NCBI GenBank assembly: GCA_035546535.1
Contig: DASZWQ010000111.1
Coordinates: forward strand, 16,357 to 80,356
Direction: 5' to 3'
DNA length: 64,000 bases
Source: Pirellulales bacterium
Lineage (GTDB): Bacteria; Planctomycetota; Planctomycetia; Pirellulales; JACPPG01
In this document: piece by piece, positions 8,280 through 17,401 of the stretch
Numbering within the stretch: position 1 is the first letter of the stretch
How the letters are laid out: every line of letters starts with the position of its first letter
Notes under the pieces: generated by a model
What the model was told of the DNA's origin: nothing
What the model saw: only the letters and a program-made list of their open reading frames with translations
Database searches by the model: none
Translations under genes and position numbers: made by a program

Positions 8280-8855
8280 ATGATCGTTCTGACCGAAACC
8301 AGTCGAGAGAAAGTACTGCTGGCAGCCCAGGTAAGGGCCGCGCAACGCGGCAACCGCGAGGCGTTCGGCCAACTGGTCGAACGGTTCCAGCGGGCCGTGT
8401 ACGGCATCGCGCTGCGGCGGCTGCGCAATCACGCCGAGGCTCAGGAGCTGACCCAAGAGGTCTTCGTCCAGGCCATGCGGAAGATCGCGCAACTGCGCGA
8501 GCCGGAATGCTTCGGCGGCTGGCTGCGGTCGATCACCACGCGGATGGCCATCAACCGGGCCCTGCGCGGCGGACCGGTCGTACCCACCGAGCGCGAAACG
8601 CTCGAAGCAACCTGCGTCGAGCGGCGCACGCCGCTGGCCGTGGCGCTCGAGCGCGAGCAGGCCAGCCAAGTGCGGGCCGGCTTGGGCCGGCTGCGCCGGT
8701 TGGACCGTGAAACGCTCGAGGCGTTTTACGTCCGCGGCCAGTCGCTGGTCGAGATGAGCGACGAGTTCGGCTCGCCGATCGGCACGATCAAGCGGCGCCT
8801 GCACGTAGCCCGCAAACGGTTGGCCCGCGAGCTCGAAGAAATGGCGCCCGCTTGA
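8280..8855 (+). CDS. ECF-type RNA polymerase sigma factor (sigma-70 family, group 4)
   Basis: Region 2 is FGQLVERFQRAVYGIALRRLRNHAEAQELTQEVFVQA...FGGWLRSITTRMAINR. Region 4 HTH is QSLVEMSDEFGSPIGTIKRRLHVARKRLAREL. GGAGAG precedes the ATG. No adjacent anti-sigma gene. Confidence 0.9.
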   Translation: MIVLTETSREKVLLAAQVRAAQRGNREAFGQLVERFQRAVYGIALRRLRNHAEAQELTQEVFVQAMRKIAQLREPECFGGWLRSITTRMAINRALRGGPVVPTERETLEATCVERRTPLAVALEREQASQVRAGLGRLRRLDRETLEAFYVRGQSLVEMSDEFGSPIGTIKRRLHVARKRLARELEEMAPA

Positions 8856-8917
8856 ATGGTTCGGCCGCGACGCGCCGCTGAATGCGGTCAGTAAATGCGC
8901 AGTCCCCCTGCGAAGAA

Positions 8918-8964
8918 GCCCGGACCGGCTGGCAAGAACGCCATACGGTCCGGGCTATTTTTTT
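8918..8964 (+). terminator. Rho-independent terminator of the ECF sigma gene
   Basis: Perfect 10-bp stem gcccggaccg (8918..8927) / cggtccgggc (8946..8955), followed by tattttttt. It overlaps the stop codon of the convergent DUF423 gene. Confidence 0.65.
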
Positions 8965-9320
8965 GCAAATGCCGCCGTGGCCAAAACCAGCCAGCCCGCG
9001 ATGAAGCTCAAGCCGCCGATCGGTACGATCGCGCCGAAGATCTTTGGGCCGCCCAGGGCGAGTGGATAAAGCAGGCCCGAGAAAACGACGATGCCGACGG
9101 TAAAGCACAGGCCTGCCACATTCAGCGAAGGGGCTGGCATTTGCAGTCCGACAAGTCCCACCAGTACCAGAGCCAGCGCGTGGTACATCTGATAGCGTAC
9201 GGCGATTTCGTACGTCTCGGACTTGCCCGTCTCTTCTAGACGTTCTTTCAAGGCGTGAGCGCCGAAAGCGCCGGTGCCGACGGCCAAAGCGCCGAAGACG
9301 GCGCCGACAATAATCCACAT
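8955..9320 (-). CDS. DUF423 (YgdD/TMEM256-like) small membrane protein
   Basis: ORF 8955..9395; ATG at 9320 (MWIIVGAVFGALAVGTGAFGAHALK). Four hydrophobic helices. GAFGAH and YQMYHALAL are characteristic of DUF423. Confidence 0.8.
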   Translation of the reverse strand: MWIIVGAVFGALAVGTGAFGAHALKERLEETGKSETYEIAVRYQMYHALALVLVGLVGLQMPAPSLNVAGLCFTVGIVVFSGLLYPLALGGPKIFGAIVPIGGLSFIAGWLVLATAAFAKK

Positions 9321-9471
9321 TCTGGGAGACACAAGCGAATCCTCCGCGAGGCGGCTGGTGGTGGGTGCCGCTATTGTAGCGAGGCATCGCCACACCGGGA
9401 GGATGGCAGCCGGCCCGATAAGGGCCGCAGATTACGGCCAGTTAACACAGCAAGCGTTGCGTCACCGCCGA

Positions 9472-12400
9472 TCACGGAGGCGGCGGCGTTTGACCCGTCA
9501 GATTAAACTCTTCCTCTTCCTGAATGATGATGCGTGGCGTGACCATCATCATCAGGCTTTCCGTTTGTCGGCCGATGGCCGAGTTCTGGAAGAGGCGGTT
9601 GACGTACGGAATCTTGTTGAGAATCGGCACGCCGAATTCGTTACGGCCTTCGCTCAGCCGTTTCACACCGCCCAAGAGAACCGTACCGCCGTCGGGCACG
9701 CTGACCGTGGTACTAACGCTGACGAACGAGAACGTCGGCAATTGCACGGTGGTGCCTTCGGTGGTCGTGACCGAGGACGTCGAACGACCGGTGGTCGAGT
9801 CGGTGGGGCCGGTCGATTGGCTGTTCGAAGTCGAACTGCTGGAGCCCGTGAAGGTAAAGGTGTTCACTGCGCCGATGCTGCTGAAGAACGGCACGAGCGT
9901 GAGACGGACGAAGCGCCGATCCTCGGACACCACGGCCTGCACCGTGAGCATCGTGCCTTCGGACAAAACGACGATCACCGGCTGCTGTGCGGCTGCGAAA
10001 TCGCCGACGACCGGAATCACGCTGATCACGAACGGGCTTTGCGACTGATCGAACACCGAAGCTAGTTGGCCGTTGAAGAGCGTGACCTTGGGAGCTTGCA
10101 GCACGTTGCTGCGGCGATCGCCTTGCGAGGCTTCGATGAAGAAGAAGGCCTCGATATCGCTGAGAATGGCGAAGCCCAACGTGGCACCGGCGCCGGCCGA
10201 GAAGCTGCCGAATTGCGGGACCGCGGCGGCAAAACTGCCTTGCGACAGGTCGATGTTCAAGTCGTCGGTGTATTGACCTATGCCCGCGGCCGAGGTGCCA
10301 ACCGTGGCCGAGGTTTTCTGGAACAGTTGCGGGTCATAGCTGGCAAGAGCCGAGCCTTGGTTGAGCGTGCCCACGTTCTGCGCACCAACCAGCGAGGCCG
10401 GAGCGTAATCTTGCAGCGAGAGCTGGAAGTCGACGCCGATACGTTCGAAGAACTCGTCATTGAGCGTGATGAACCGAACTTCGATCGTGACTTGCAGATC
10501 TTGCAAGCGTCGTAACTGCGCCAGCAGGTCGGCGATTTCCTCGTGAACGTCTTGCTTCTGGCTGATGACCAGGCTCAAGTTGTTGGGAAAGCGTGTGACC
10601 GAGCCGGGGCCGCCATTGGCGTCCCAGCTTTCCGGCTGAATCGTTTGTACGATCAAGTCGATGAGGCTGTCGAAGTCGGGCTGCGCGCCGCCGCTCAGCC
10701 CGCCTGGCCCGGCGCCCATCGACTGGCTGATGCCAGCCAGGGGTCCGGGAGTGCCGGACATTTGGGCGAGGATTCGCGGGTCCATGAAGGCGTTCGAGGG
10801 ACTGCCCGAGGCGCTGGCCACCGACAAAGGCGCGTCGCTGGAGTAGGGGCCACCCAGCATGCCCTGTCGCGCGTTGGCCTGGGCGCTATTCAGCGCGCCG
10901 GTCATACCAATGTTGTTATCGGGCACGAAATTCGGAATCGGTATGACCAGGTCGCCGACGTTGTAGGTCACGGTATAGACCTCTCCGTCGCGCAACTGTT
11001 CGCTCGTCACGTTGAGCACTTCGTTCTTCACGACGTAACTCAAGTGCAGCGGCTCTAGAATCAGGTTCAGGGCGCTACGCAGCGAGATCGGCTCCGACAG
11101 GTCGATATTCACGGGTGTGTCGGTCATAACGCCTTCGGCCGCCAGGCCGCGTGGATCGAGATGAATATTCACGCCGGCCAAAGTCTTCAGATGATCCATG
11201 ACTTCGCCCAGCGGCGCGTCCTGGAACTTGAGCGAGACCGGAGTCTTCAGGCTCTTTTCGATCTCGATCTCCTTTTCCGAGCGTCGTGCCCGGCCTTCGA
11301 TCTTGCGGCGGAACGGAGATTTGGAAAGCTGGTCCCACTTACGCGCGTCAGTAAACTGAATCGGATTGCGATCATCAAACGGTATTGCCGCCTCGTCGGC
11401 GGACTGCATCTCGTTGACGAAGCCCTTTTCCTTGTCCGACTCGGCCTGCTTGGTGTTGGCCAGCCGGCGTGCGAACGTGGCCTTCCATAACAGTTGCGTT
11501 GCTACGGGATCGTCTGGTGCCATTTCCTGCACGCGCTTGGCAATAACTTCAGCTTCAGCCCAGCGCTGCTCATCGAGGAGATTGTTGAACTTCTCGACCT
11601 CGAGGGCGATCTTCTCCTGGACTTCGACCTTGGCTGTCTGTTCGCGATCGATTTCGTCCTTTACCGCCTGGTTGCGCTCGTCGAGCTCGATCTTCGGTCG
11701 ATTGATTTCGATGTACCGCTCGATGTCGGAGATGCTGCGATCGGCACTGCGCAACAGCCGGTCGCGAGTCTCCTGGTCAAGTCCGGACTTTTCGACCATG
11801 ACCCGCGCTTGCTGCAAGATTTGCAGCGAGCGTTTGGGATCGCTTTCCTGCAGGCGTTTTGCCTCGCTCTTTTGTGCCACCAGGTCGGCAATCACCTTCT
11901 TGGCCAACACCTGCTGGTCAACGGCACTCTTTTGCAAAAGTGAGCCGGCATGGCTGGACGGCGGAAGGCGTTGCGGCGCCTGCTCCGCGATCGTTGTGTC
12001 CGGGGCCGCACTGTCCGACGAACCAGGGTCCGGCATCTCGGCGCCAGTCGGCGCGGCCATCATCGCTACGCGGCCTGGCGTGGTCCGCACGAGTTTCGCT
12101 GGCTGGCCCGTGCGCAATTCGTTGGTCACTGTGTTTGATGCGGGAACATTGTGCGTCGTGTCCGTTTCCGGCTCGAATACGGCGCGCGTGGCTGGCGCAG
12201 CAGGCGCAGGCGGGGCCGCTTCCGTCGTCTGAGCGTCCGCGACGTCGCTCACTAGCGCGCCGGCCGACGACGCGGCATCAGGCGCGTTCGCGGGAGCTTG
12301 GAACTCCGCGGGGGCAACGGCATTGTCGCGGAAACGACCGCTGCGGCGACGCGCTGCGGCAACCCGATTCAGCAGGTCTTGCGGGTTCGCATCGAACGGC

Positions 12401-13680
12401 CCGTAGTTCACCGGCACGTGCGAAGCATCGGTCGCCAGCCGTTCGGCATCGTCGAACTCCTTCCACAGCAGCAAAGATTCCGCCTGCGACAGCAGCATTT
12501 CCACCTGCCGCCGCCGATAGGCTTCGCTGTCCTTGGGCGTGCGGAGCTGGACGAATTCCATGTGCTTCTGAACGGCCAACTCGATCTTGGCCGGATTGTC
12601 TTCGTTCAATTCATAGCGCACATTCAAAGCCTTGGCCTGGGCTGCCAGCTTGGCGGCCCGCGCCGTATCTCCCACGGCCAATGCCTTTCGCGCACCGATC
12701 AATAGTCGATCGCTCTGGTCACGCGCATTAACAGCAGGCGCTCCCGCCGGAACGTCGTTACGCGCCGGTTCGGGACTCATGACTCGCTCACCGGGGTTCG
12801 GCAGGGGCGCGGCCGTGATGGCGCGGGATGGCGGCGCCGGACTTTGCTCGGCTTCGGGAAGGCGGACAACGGCCGGCTCCTCGGCCGCCGCGGCGCGATC
12901 CACTGCGTCGAAGGGGTTCGTGCCGCGCGACATGACCGACGGCATCCGGCCTGTGCTCTTTGGCGGGAATGGTTGCTCCTCGCGAGTTGACGGCCGACCG
13001 GCTGCTTGCTCATTCGCCGCGGGCTGTTGAGTACGGAGCGGACGCTCGCCCGGAGCACGAATGGTTCCGGCGGGCGCGGTCTTCCCGGGCGCGGCCATCT
13101 GGCTCGCTGGCGGGATATCCGAAGAGGCGTCTCCGCGCTTTTTGCCGGCGACCGACTGCTTGCCCGCGGCAGGGCGAAGGCGTTCCAGTTCCGCGCGGCA
13201 TTTTTCGGGCGTGTCACCAAAATAAAGTTTGCCGAACTGCACGTGCAGTGCTTCGGCCTGCGCGATCAGTCCATCGGCCGTTTCCCAATCGGCTTCGGAA
13301 ATTGCCTTCCGTGCGCGGGACAGCAGTTGCGAGACTTGCCGCTTCGAATCGCCCGCGCGATTGCCGTTTTGCCCCGCGACAACCGTCGAGGTAAAGGTTG
13401 CGGCGGCGATTGCCGAAGTATTGGCCAGACAGGGCGCTCGCTCGGGCACGAAGGCCGCGATCACGCCAATAATCATGGCAAACGTCTTTCCGGGCGGGAT
13501 CTCCTTGAAAGGATTCCCGGCACGAGAAACCCGAACTGGCGCGCTGCGACGTTGCGCTCGTGGCGCGTGGCAATGAATCATGCTTCGGTCACACGTCTGA
13601 GTCATGGTGGATGTCAAAACCTTGGTCGCTAGCGCACCCAGCAATGCGCTCGCCGATAAATCTTCTCGGACCACTCGCAC
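9472..13680 (-). CDS. Giant outer-membrane secretin (PilQ/GspD superfamily) with long non-canonical N-terminal region
   Basis: C-terminal secretin domain: LQAPKVTLFNGQ, VSVPDGGTVLLGGVKRLSEGRNEFGVPILNKIPYVNRLFQN...MMMVTPRII. Secretin-N/STN-like module: VSLKFQDAPLGEVMDHLKTLAGVNIHLD. Alternative starts at 13605, 13581 or 13476 (MIIGVIAAF). True start uncertain. Confidence 0.9.
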   Translation of the reverse strand: MRVVREDLSASALLGALATKVLTSTMTQTCDRSMIHCHAPRAQRRSAPVRVSRAGNPFKEIPPGKTFAMIIGVIAAFVPERAPCLANTSAIAAATFTSTVVAGQNGNRAGDSKRQVSQLLSRARKAISEADWETADGLIAQAEALHVQFGKLYFGDTPEKCRAELERLRPAAGKQSVAGKKRGDASSDIPPASQMAAPGKTAPAGTIRAPGERPLRTQQPAANEQAAGRPSTREEQPFPPKSTGRMPSVMSRGTNPFDAVDRAAAAEEPAVVRLPEAEQSPAPPSRAITAAPLPNPGERVMSPEPARNDVPAGAPAVNARDQSDRLLIGARKALAVGDTARAAKLAAQAKALNVRYELNEDNPAKIELAVQKHMEFVQLRTPKDSEAYRRRQVEMLLSQAESLLLWKEFDDAERLATDASHVPVNYGPFDANPQDLLNRVAAARRRSGRFRDNAVAPAEFQAPANAPDAASSAGALVSDVADAQTTEAAPPAPAAPATRAVFEPETDTTHNVPASNTVTNELRTGQPAKLVRTTPGRVAMMAAPTGAEMPDPGSSDSAAPDTTIAEQAPQRLPPSSHAGSLLQKSAVDQQVLAKKVIADLVAQKSEAKRLQESDPKRSLQILQQARVMVEKSGLDQETRDRLLRSADRSISDIERYIEINRPKIELDERNQAVKDEIDREQTAKVEVQEKIALEVEKFNNLLDEQRWAEAEVIAKRVQEMAPDDPVATQLLWKATFARRLANTKQAESDKEKGFVNEMQSADEAAIPFDDRNPIQFTDARKWDQLSKSPFRRKIEGRARRSEKEIEIEKSLKTPVSLKFQDAPLGEVMDHLKTLAGVNIHLDPRGLAAEGVMTDTPVNIDLSEPISLRSALNLILEPLHLSYVVKNEVLNVTSEQLRDGEVYTVTYNVGDLVIPIPNFVPDNNIGMTGALNSAQANARQGMLGGPYSSDAPLSVASASGSPSNAFMDPRILAQMSGTPGPLAGISQSMGAGPGGLSGGAQPDFDSLIDLIVQTIQPESWDANGGPGSVTRFPNNLSLVISQKQDVHEEIADLLAQLRRLQDLQVTIEVRFITLNDEFFERIGVDFQLSLQDYAPASLVGAQNVGTLNQGSALASYDPQLFQKTSATVGTSAAGIGQYTDDLNIDLSQGSFAAAVPQFGSFSAGAGATLGFAILSDIEAFFFIEASQGDRRSNVLQAPKVTLFNGQLASVFDQSQSPFVISVIPVVGDFAAAQQPVIVVLSEGTMLTVQAVVSEDRRFVRLTLVPFFSSIGAVNTFTFTGSSSSTSNSQSTGPTDSTTGRSTSSVTTTEGTTVQLPTFSFVSVSTTVSVPDGGTVLLGGVKRLSEGRNEFGVPILNKIPYVNRLFQNSAIGRQTESLMMMVTPRIIIQEEEEFNLTGQTPPPP

Positions 13681-14052
13681 AGTCGGTTACCACGGGCTGA
13701 CCCGGTGCCGACCCTGATACGCGCACATAAAAACTCGTTCTGCGGCACCTGCCCGCCGCTGATTTAGAAGCTGGAACTGGGATAAGAAGTGCTTGGAATC
13801 GGAAGAAGAGAGGCGGTTAAGTAACCGCCGGGGGGATTCCGGTCAATATCACTTGCGGCAAAGTGAGAGAATCCGAGCCGGAAAAGGCCGATATCAGGCC
13901 AGCAAAAAGGTCGCTCACCGACCAAGTGTGCGGCGCTTGCTAGCTAGCGGGAACAGCGCGAGCCGCGGAAAATCTTCCCGGCAAGCAAGCCTCTCCGCAG
14001 GCGAGGTCATTGCCCGCCAGGCGTGCAGGCAAACGACAATCCCTGCAAAACG

Positions 14053-15840
14053 TTAGTTGCCGCGCGGCTGCTTGCCTGCCTTACCCGCGTCAGCACCGGC
14101 GTTTAGCTTCGACAGTCCGCCTCCTTGTTCGGTCCTGCGCCTCTTGGGCCGGTCCTCCTCTTCATCTGCAGCGACCGGCGGCTTGGCGGCTTCCTGCGCT
14201 TTTTTCAGGCGTTGCTTCGTGGATTCGTAAATCTCCGCGTCCGCCAATTCGCTCTTGACGATGAGCTTGCCGTTGGGCTCCATGACCAGCACCTGGCTGG
14301 GGGCCCTGGGGCGCAGTCCGCCCCCTGGCATGGCCATGGTATCGCCGCCTGTCATGTCTACGACCATCATGTCGGTATGAAAGGAGAGCCTCTTTGGCTC
14401 GGCCGTGCCATCGCCACGTTCAACGAAAGCATCCTCGGCCGGGAAGTTGGCCACCTGCCCGCGAAATAGCTCGACGATGCGCGAGGCGTCAACCGCCTCG
14501 TTGGAATCCCACATTTTCAGGATCACTTCCAGTTTCGATTCGTTGATCTGCTTGTTCGGCTTGATGCCGCCAGCCAGCATGCTGAAGCCAAGCGGGACGG
14601 TAACTTCCGCCGACGCCTCGCTCCACGGGCTCTGCCGTGTCTGCCCCTTGGCAAGTTGCGCATTGGCCAGGTACTGTGCCCCGAGCCCATAGTTGGGATT
14701 GTTCAGCACCAGGCGCACGCGATACCGATACGTCTTGCCCGGCTGAACGGAGAAGTCGAAGCAGCGAAACAACTGATACTCCACCGCTTTGGCTTGCGAC
14801 GGGTTGGCGTTGGCCATGGCCGCATTGCCGGCCTGCGCCATCGCGCGGGCGCGCAGCCCACCCCCCGCCGGCGCAGCGGGCGCGACGGTTCCCGGCGCCT
14901 GGCTGCCGGTGGGAATTTTCGGATGACCCGCCGACCGGCCATGCTCCTTGCCGCTGATCTTGAACAGCGGCCTGGTCAATACCGGGTCGGCAAAGACATG
15001 ATCGATCACGTCGGCCGCGCGCTCGGAGAAGGTAGCCTCCTCGTCTTCGGCTCGCTTGCGATCCAAGAGCGTCCATTTCAAATCGGCATCCGGGGCCGTT
15101 CCCACGGGAACTTCGGCGCGCTCGACTTCGAAAGAATGGTAGCGAGGATAGTCGAGCGCCGGATCCGTCTTCCGCGCATCGCGAAAGGCGGCGCGGTAGT
15201 CCTTTGCCTGCGCCTCGATCGGAACGAGACCGGTGATGACGGCCCATTGCTTGCCCTTCACCGCCGCATTGGGATTAGGCCGATCGACGGCGCCCGCGGG
15301 CGCGGCACCCGCTTTACCTCCCGCCATGTTCAGGGCCCGCTCGCGCAGGCCACCGCCGCCTTTTGCCGGCTCCGGCGCGGCCGCTTTCGGGGCAGGCGCC
15401 GCTTTCCCAGGGGCCGGCGCTGCCTTGTCCTCGTTGCCCAACGAGTGGACGTATACCGCGCCATAGCCAGTCGCCACGCGAACGTCTTGCAGGGCCAAGA
15501 ACTTCGGCTCGGGCCGGCGCTTCTTCATGTCGAACGGGGGTCGGCTCCACTCGTCGTGCGTCACCCATACCTTTTGGGGAACGTCGCGGGCCACGGGCAG
15601 CGGTTCCATCGGCGGCACGTCGGTCGCAGGGTCGAAGGTCGACGCAGTCACTTTGGCGTCCACCTTCTGCGCGGCATCCATGAACTGCTGAGGTACCTTG
15701 TCGTAGGGCTTATGCTTCATCGCGCCCAGGCAGAACATGATGAAGCCCAAGACGAACAGGCCGAAAACCCCTTTCTCGATGTGGGTCGTGAGGAACTCGA
15801 GCAGTTGGTCCTTGTCGAGTTTGATCTTCGGCTTTTTCAT
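14053..15840 (-). CDS. Bitopic membrane protein of the pilus/secretin cluster (PilP position), no recognisable domain
   Basis: 595 aa. One N-terminal TM helix (GVFGLFVLGFIMFCLGA) and Ala/Pro/Gly-rich linkers. GAGGAG lies 5 nt upstream of the ATG. Same strand, between the PilM-like and secretin genes. Confidence 0.75.
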   Translation of the reverse strand: MKKPKIKLDKDQLLEFLTTHIEKGVFGLFVLGFIMFCLGAMKHKPYDKVPQQFMDAAQKVDAKVTASTFDPATDVPPMEPLPVARDVPQKVWVTHDEWSRPPFDMKKRRPEPKFLALQDVRVATGYGAVYVHSLGNEDKAAPAPGKAAPAPKAAAPEPAKGGGGLRERALNMAGGKAGAAPAGAVDRPNPNAAVKGKQWAVITGLVPIEAQAKDYRAAFRDARKTDPALDYPRYHSFEVERAEVPVGTAPDADLKWTLLDRKRAEDEEATFSERAADVIDHVFADPVLTRPLFKISGKEHGRSAGHPKIPTGSQAPGTVAPAAPAGGGLRARAMAQAGNAAMANANPSQAKAVEYQLFRCFDFSVQPGKTYRYRVRLVLNNPNYGLGAQYLANAQLAKGQTRQSPWSEASAEVTVPLGFSMLAGGIKPNKQINESKLEVILKMWDSNEAVDASRIVELFRGQVANFPAEDAFVERGDGTAEPKRLSFHTDMMVVDMTGGDTMAMPGGGLRPRAPSQVLVMEPNGKLIVKSELADAEIYESTKQRLKKAQEAAKPPVAADEEEDRPKRRRTEQGGGLSKLNAGADAGKAGKQPRGN

Positions 15841-15916
15841 GGGAACTCCTCTGCGCGATCGGTCGAACCGTTGCGGGCGTCGAATCTACAAATTGACCTG
15901 GTCGTGTCTCGTCCGC

Positions 15917-17383
15917 TTAGTGCAGGCGCCCGCCCGAGACCGTAGCCCCACCACGGGGCGCTTTGACGATCGCCGTCGGAACACCGCTTGGACGCTTCGA
16001 CGGATCGGCGGCTGACCCGGTGCTTAGCTTTTCGGGGTCCGGCGTATTGAAAATCTGAATCAGGCCGCAGACCTCGACCGGTACGTCCGCCGGTGTGGCT
16101 TCGACTTCATCGCCGCCCGCCGCGTTCGCCTGCGGCCGATTCTCCATGGCGGCCGCTCCGGCGCGCAATCCTACGGCGGCGCCCAGACCTCCGGCGGGGG
16201 GACGTCCCGGCTGCGCGGCTGGCGCAGCATTTCCCTTACCGCTCGGCTGAACGAGTGGATCGTGCATCGTCAACCGCACGACCTCGATCGGAATATCCGC
16301 GTTGGCGCAGTTGACCAGCAGATCGGGGATCTTTCTCTGATCGATGACGACTTTCAGGCGAACGAACATCAACTTGAACTCGCCGTATGGTGTGTCGGTG
16401 GGGCCTGCGGGCGTTCCTGTGTCACTCAAATAACGGCCATTGAGCAACTCGTCGTCGAGTTGCTTGGCACGCTCCGCGGGATCTTCCGATACTTGTTCCT
16501 GGGGCTGGCCGCCAGCAGCCAATCCGCCGGCTGTTCCCCCTTCGGTCGACTGGTCGGCAAATACCTTGGGGCTCTCGCGCACCGCGTCATTCACGGCCCA
16601 CTGAGCGATGTCGAGCGAATCGATCCGTTTGATCGGCACGGCGATGACGTCCGCCGCGCCCTCGTTGGTCTTGCGAATGACCTTGGCGAGGTTTTGCAAC
16701 AGCCAAATATCCTCTTGGGCCAGCCGAATATCGAGATCTGAAGGAACGCCGAGCTGTCGACTGAGCGTGTAGCGCTGCTCAAGCGCCTCGCGGTGGGCGC
16801 GGCTCCAGACGACCAGTCCTTCCATCGTGTCTTCGACTTCTTCGGCCGGGGGCTTGTCGGCCGGCTGCCCGGCATTGGGGCGCATCTTGGGCGCATTCGG
16901 TTGCGCCGCTTCTTGGCCCTCGGCCTTCAGCTTAGGATGGCGATAATCGGCCGTGGCGAAGACCTTCTCCTTGAGGGCTTCGACAAATAGTTCGTTGGAT
17001 TTGAAACGGGAGCGGACGATCTCAGGAATCGGCTCGTCAGGCCTCAGCTTGGCGATATCCTCCGCGACCATTTCCGGCCAACTGAAGGTCTTGCGCTGGG
17101 CTTCATAGCTTTTCTGCCATTCCTCGAGCACCTGTTTCTTCAACTCTTCGTTCTTGACGTTCACGCCGTCGGCAAATTGCTGATTGGCCGGATGGCCGTT
17201 TTTGTCGACATCCTGCAGGTCGCTGAAGCTCTTTTTCACGATCGCTTCATTGGCCTGGGTCAAGGTAGCGAGGGTCCCTGCGCCGCTCCACCAGCAGATC
17301 AAACCGACCAGCGCAGCGATCGAGACCAGCACCCAGAAATGATGCTTCTTCAAGATCTGCAAGAATACTTTGACTTGGTCCAT
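15917..17383 (-). CDS. Bitopic membrane protein of the pilus/secretin cluster (PilO position), no recognisable domain
   Basis: 488 aa. N-terminal TM helix (HFWVLVSIAALVGLICWW). Starts 18 nt after the PilM-like stop. Strong GC3 coding bias. Confidence 0.75.
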   Translation of the reverse strand: MDQVKVFLQILKKHHFWVLVSIAALVGLICWWSGAGTLATLTQANEAIVKKSFSDLQDVDKNGHPANQQFADGVNVKNEELKKQVLEEWQKSYEAQRKTFSWPEMVAEDIAKLRPDEPIPEIVRSRFKSNELFVEALKEKVFATADYRHPKLKAEGQEAAQPNAPKMRPNAGQPADKPPAEEVEDTMEGLVVWSRAHREALEQRYTLSRQLGVPSDLDIRLAQEDIWLLQNLAKVIRKTNEGAADVIAVPIKRIDSLDIAQWAVNDAVRESPKVFADQSTEGGTAGGLAAGGQPQEQVSEDPAERAKQLDDELLNGRYLSDTGTPAGPTDTPYGEFKLMFVRLKVVIDQRKIPDLLVNCANADIPIEVVRLTMHDPLVQPSGKGNAAPAAQPGRPPAGGLGAAVGLRAGAAAMENRPQANAAGGDEVEATPADVPVEVCGLIQIFNTPDPEKLSTGSAADPSKRPSGVPTAIVKAPRGGATVSGGRLH

Positions 17384-17401
17384 GGCAAGCGTTCTCGATC
17401 G

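Noticed and set aside
8280-8855. Orphan ECF sigma factor as part of a novel signalling module with the DUF423 gene.
   Set aside because: The two genes are convergent and separated by a strong terminator hairpin, so nothing in the sequence links them functionally.
14656-15945. Long antisense ORFs opposite well-supported genes. Examples: 14656..15945 (+), 40962..42230 (+), 46079..47821 (-), 31111..32064 (-), 37688..38557 (+), 3311..4273 (-), 52498..53160 (-), 48062..49333 (+).
   Set aside because: These are typical shadow ORFs of high-GC DNA. Their translations are Arg/Ala/Gly/Pro-rich with no motifs, while the opposite strand encodes proteins with clear family signatures.
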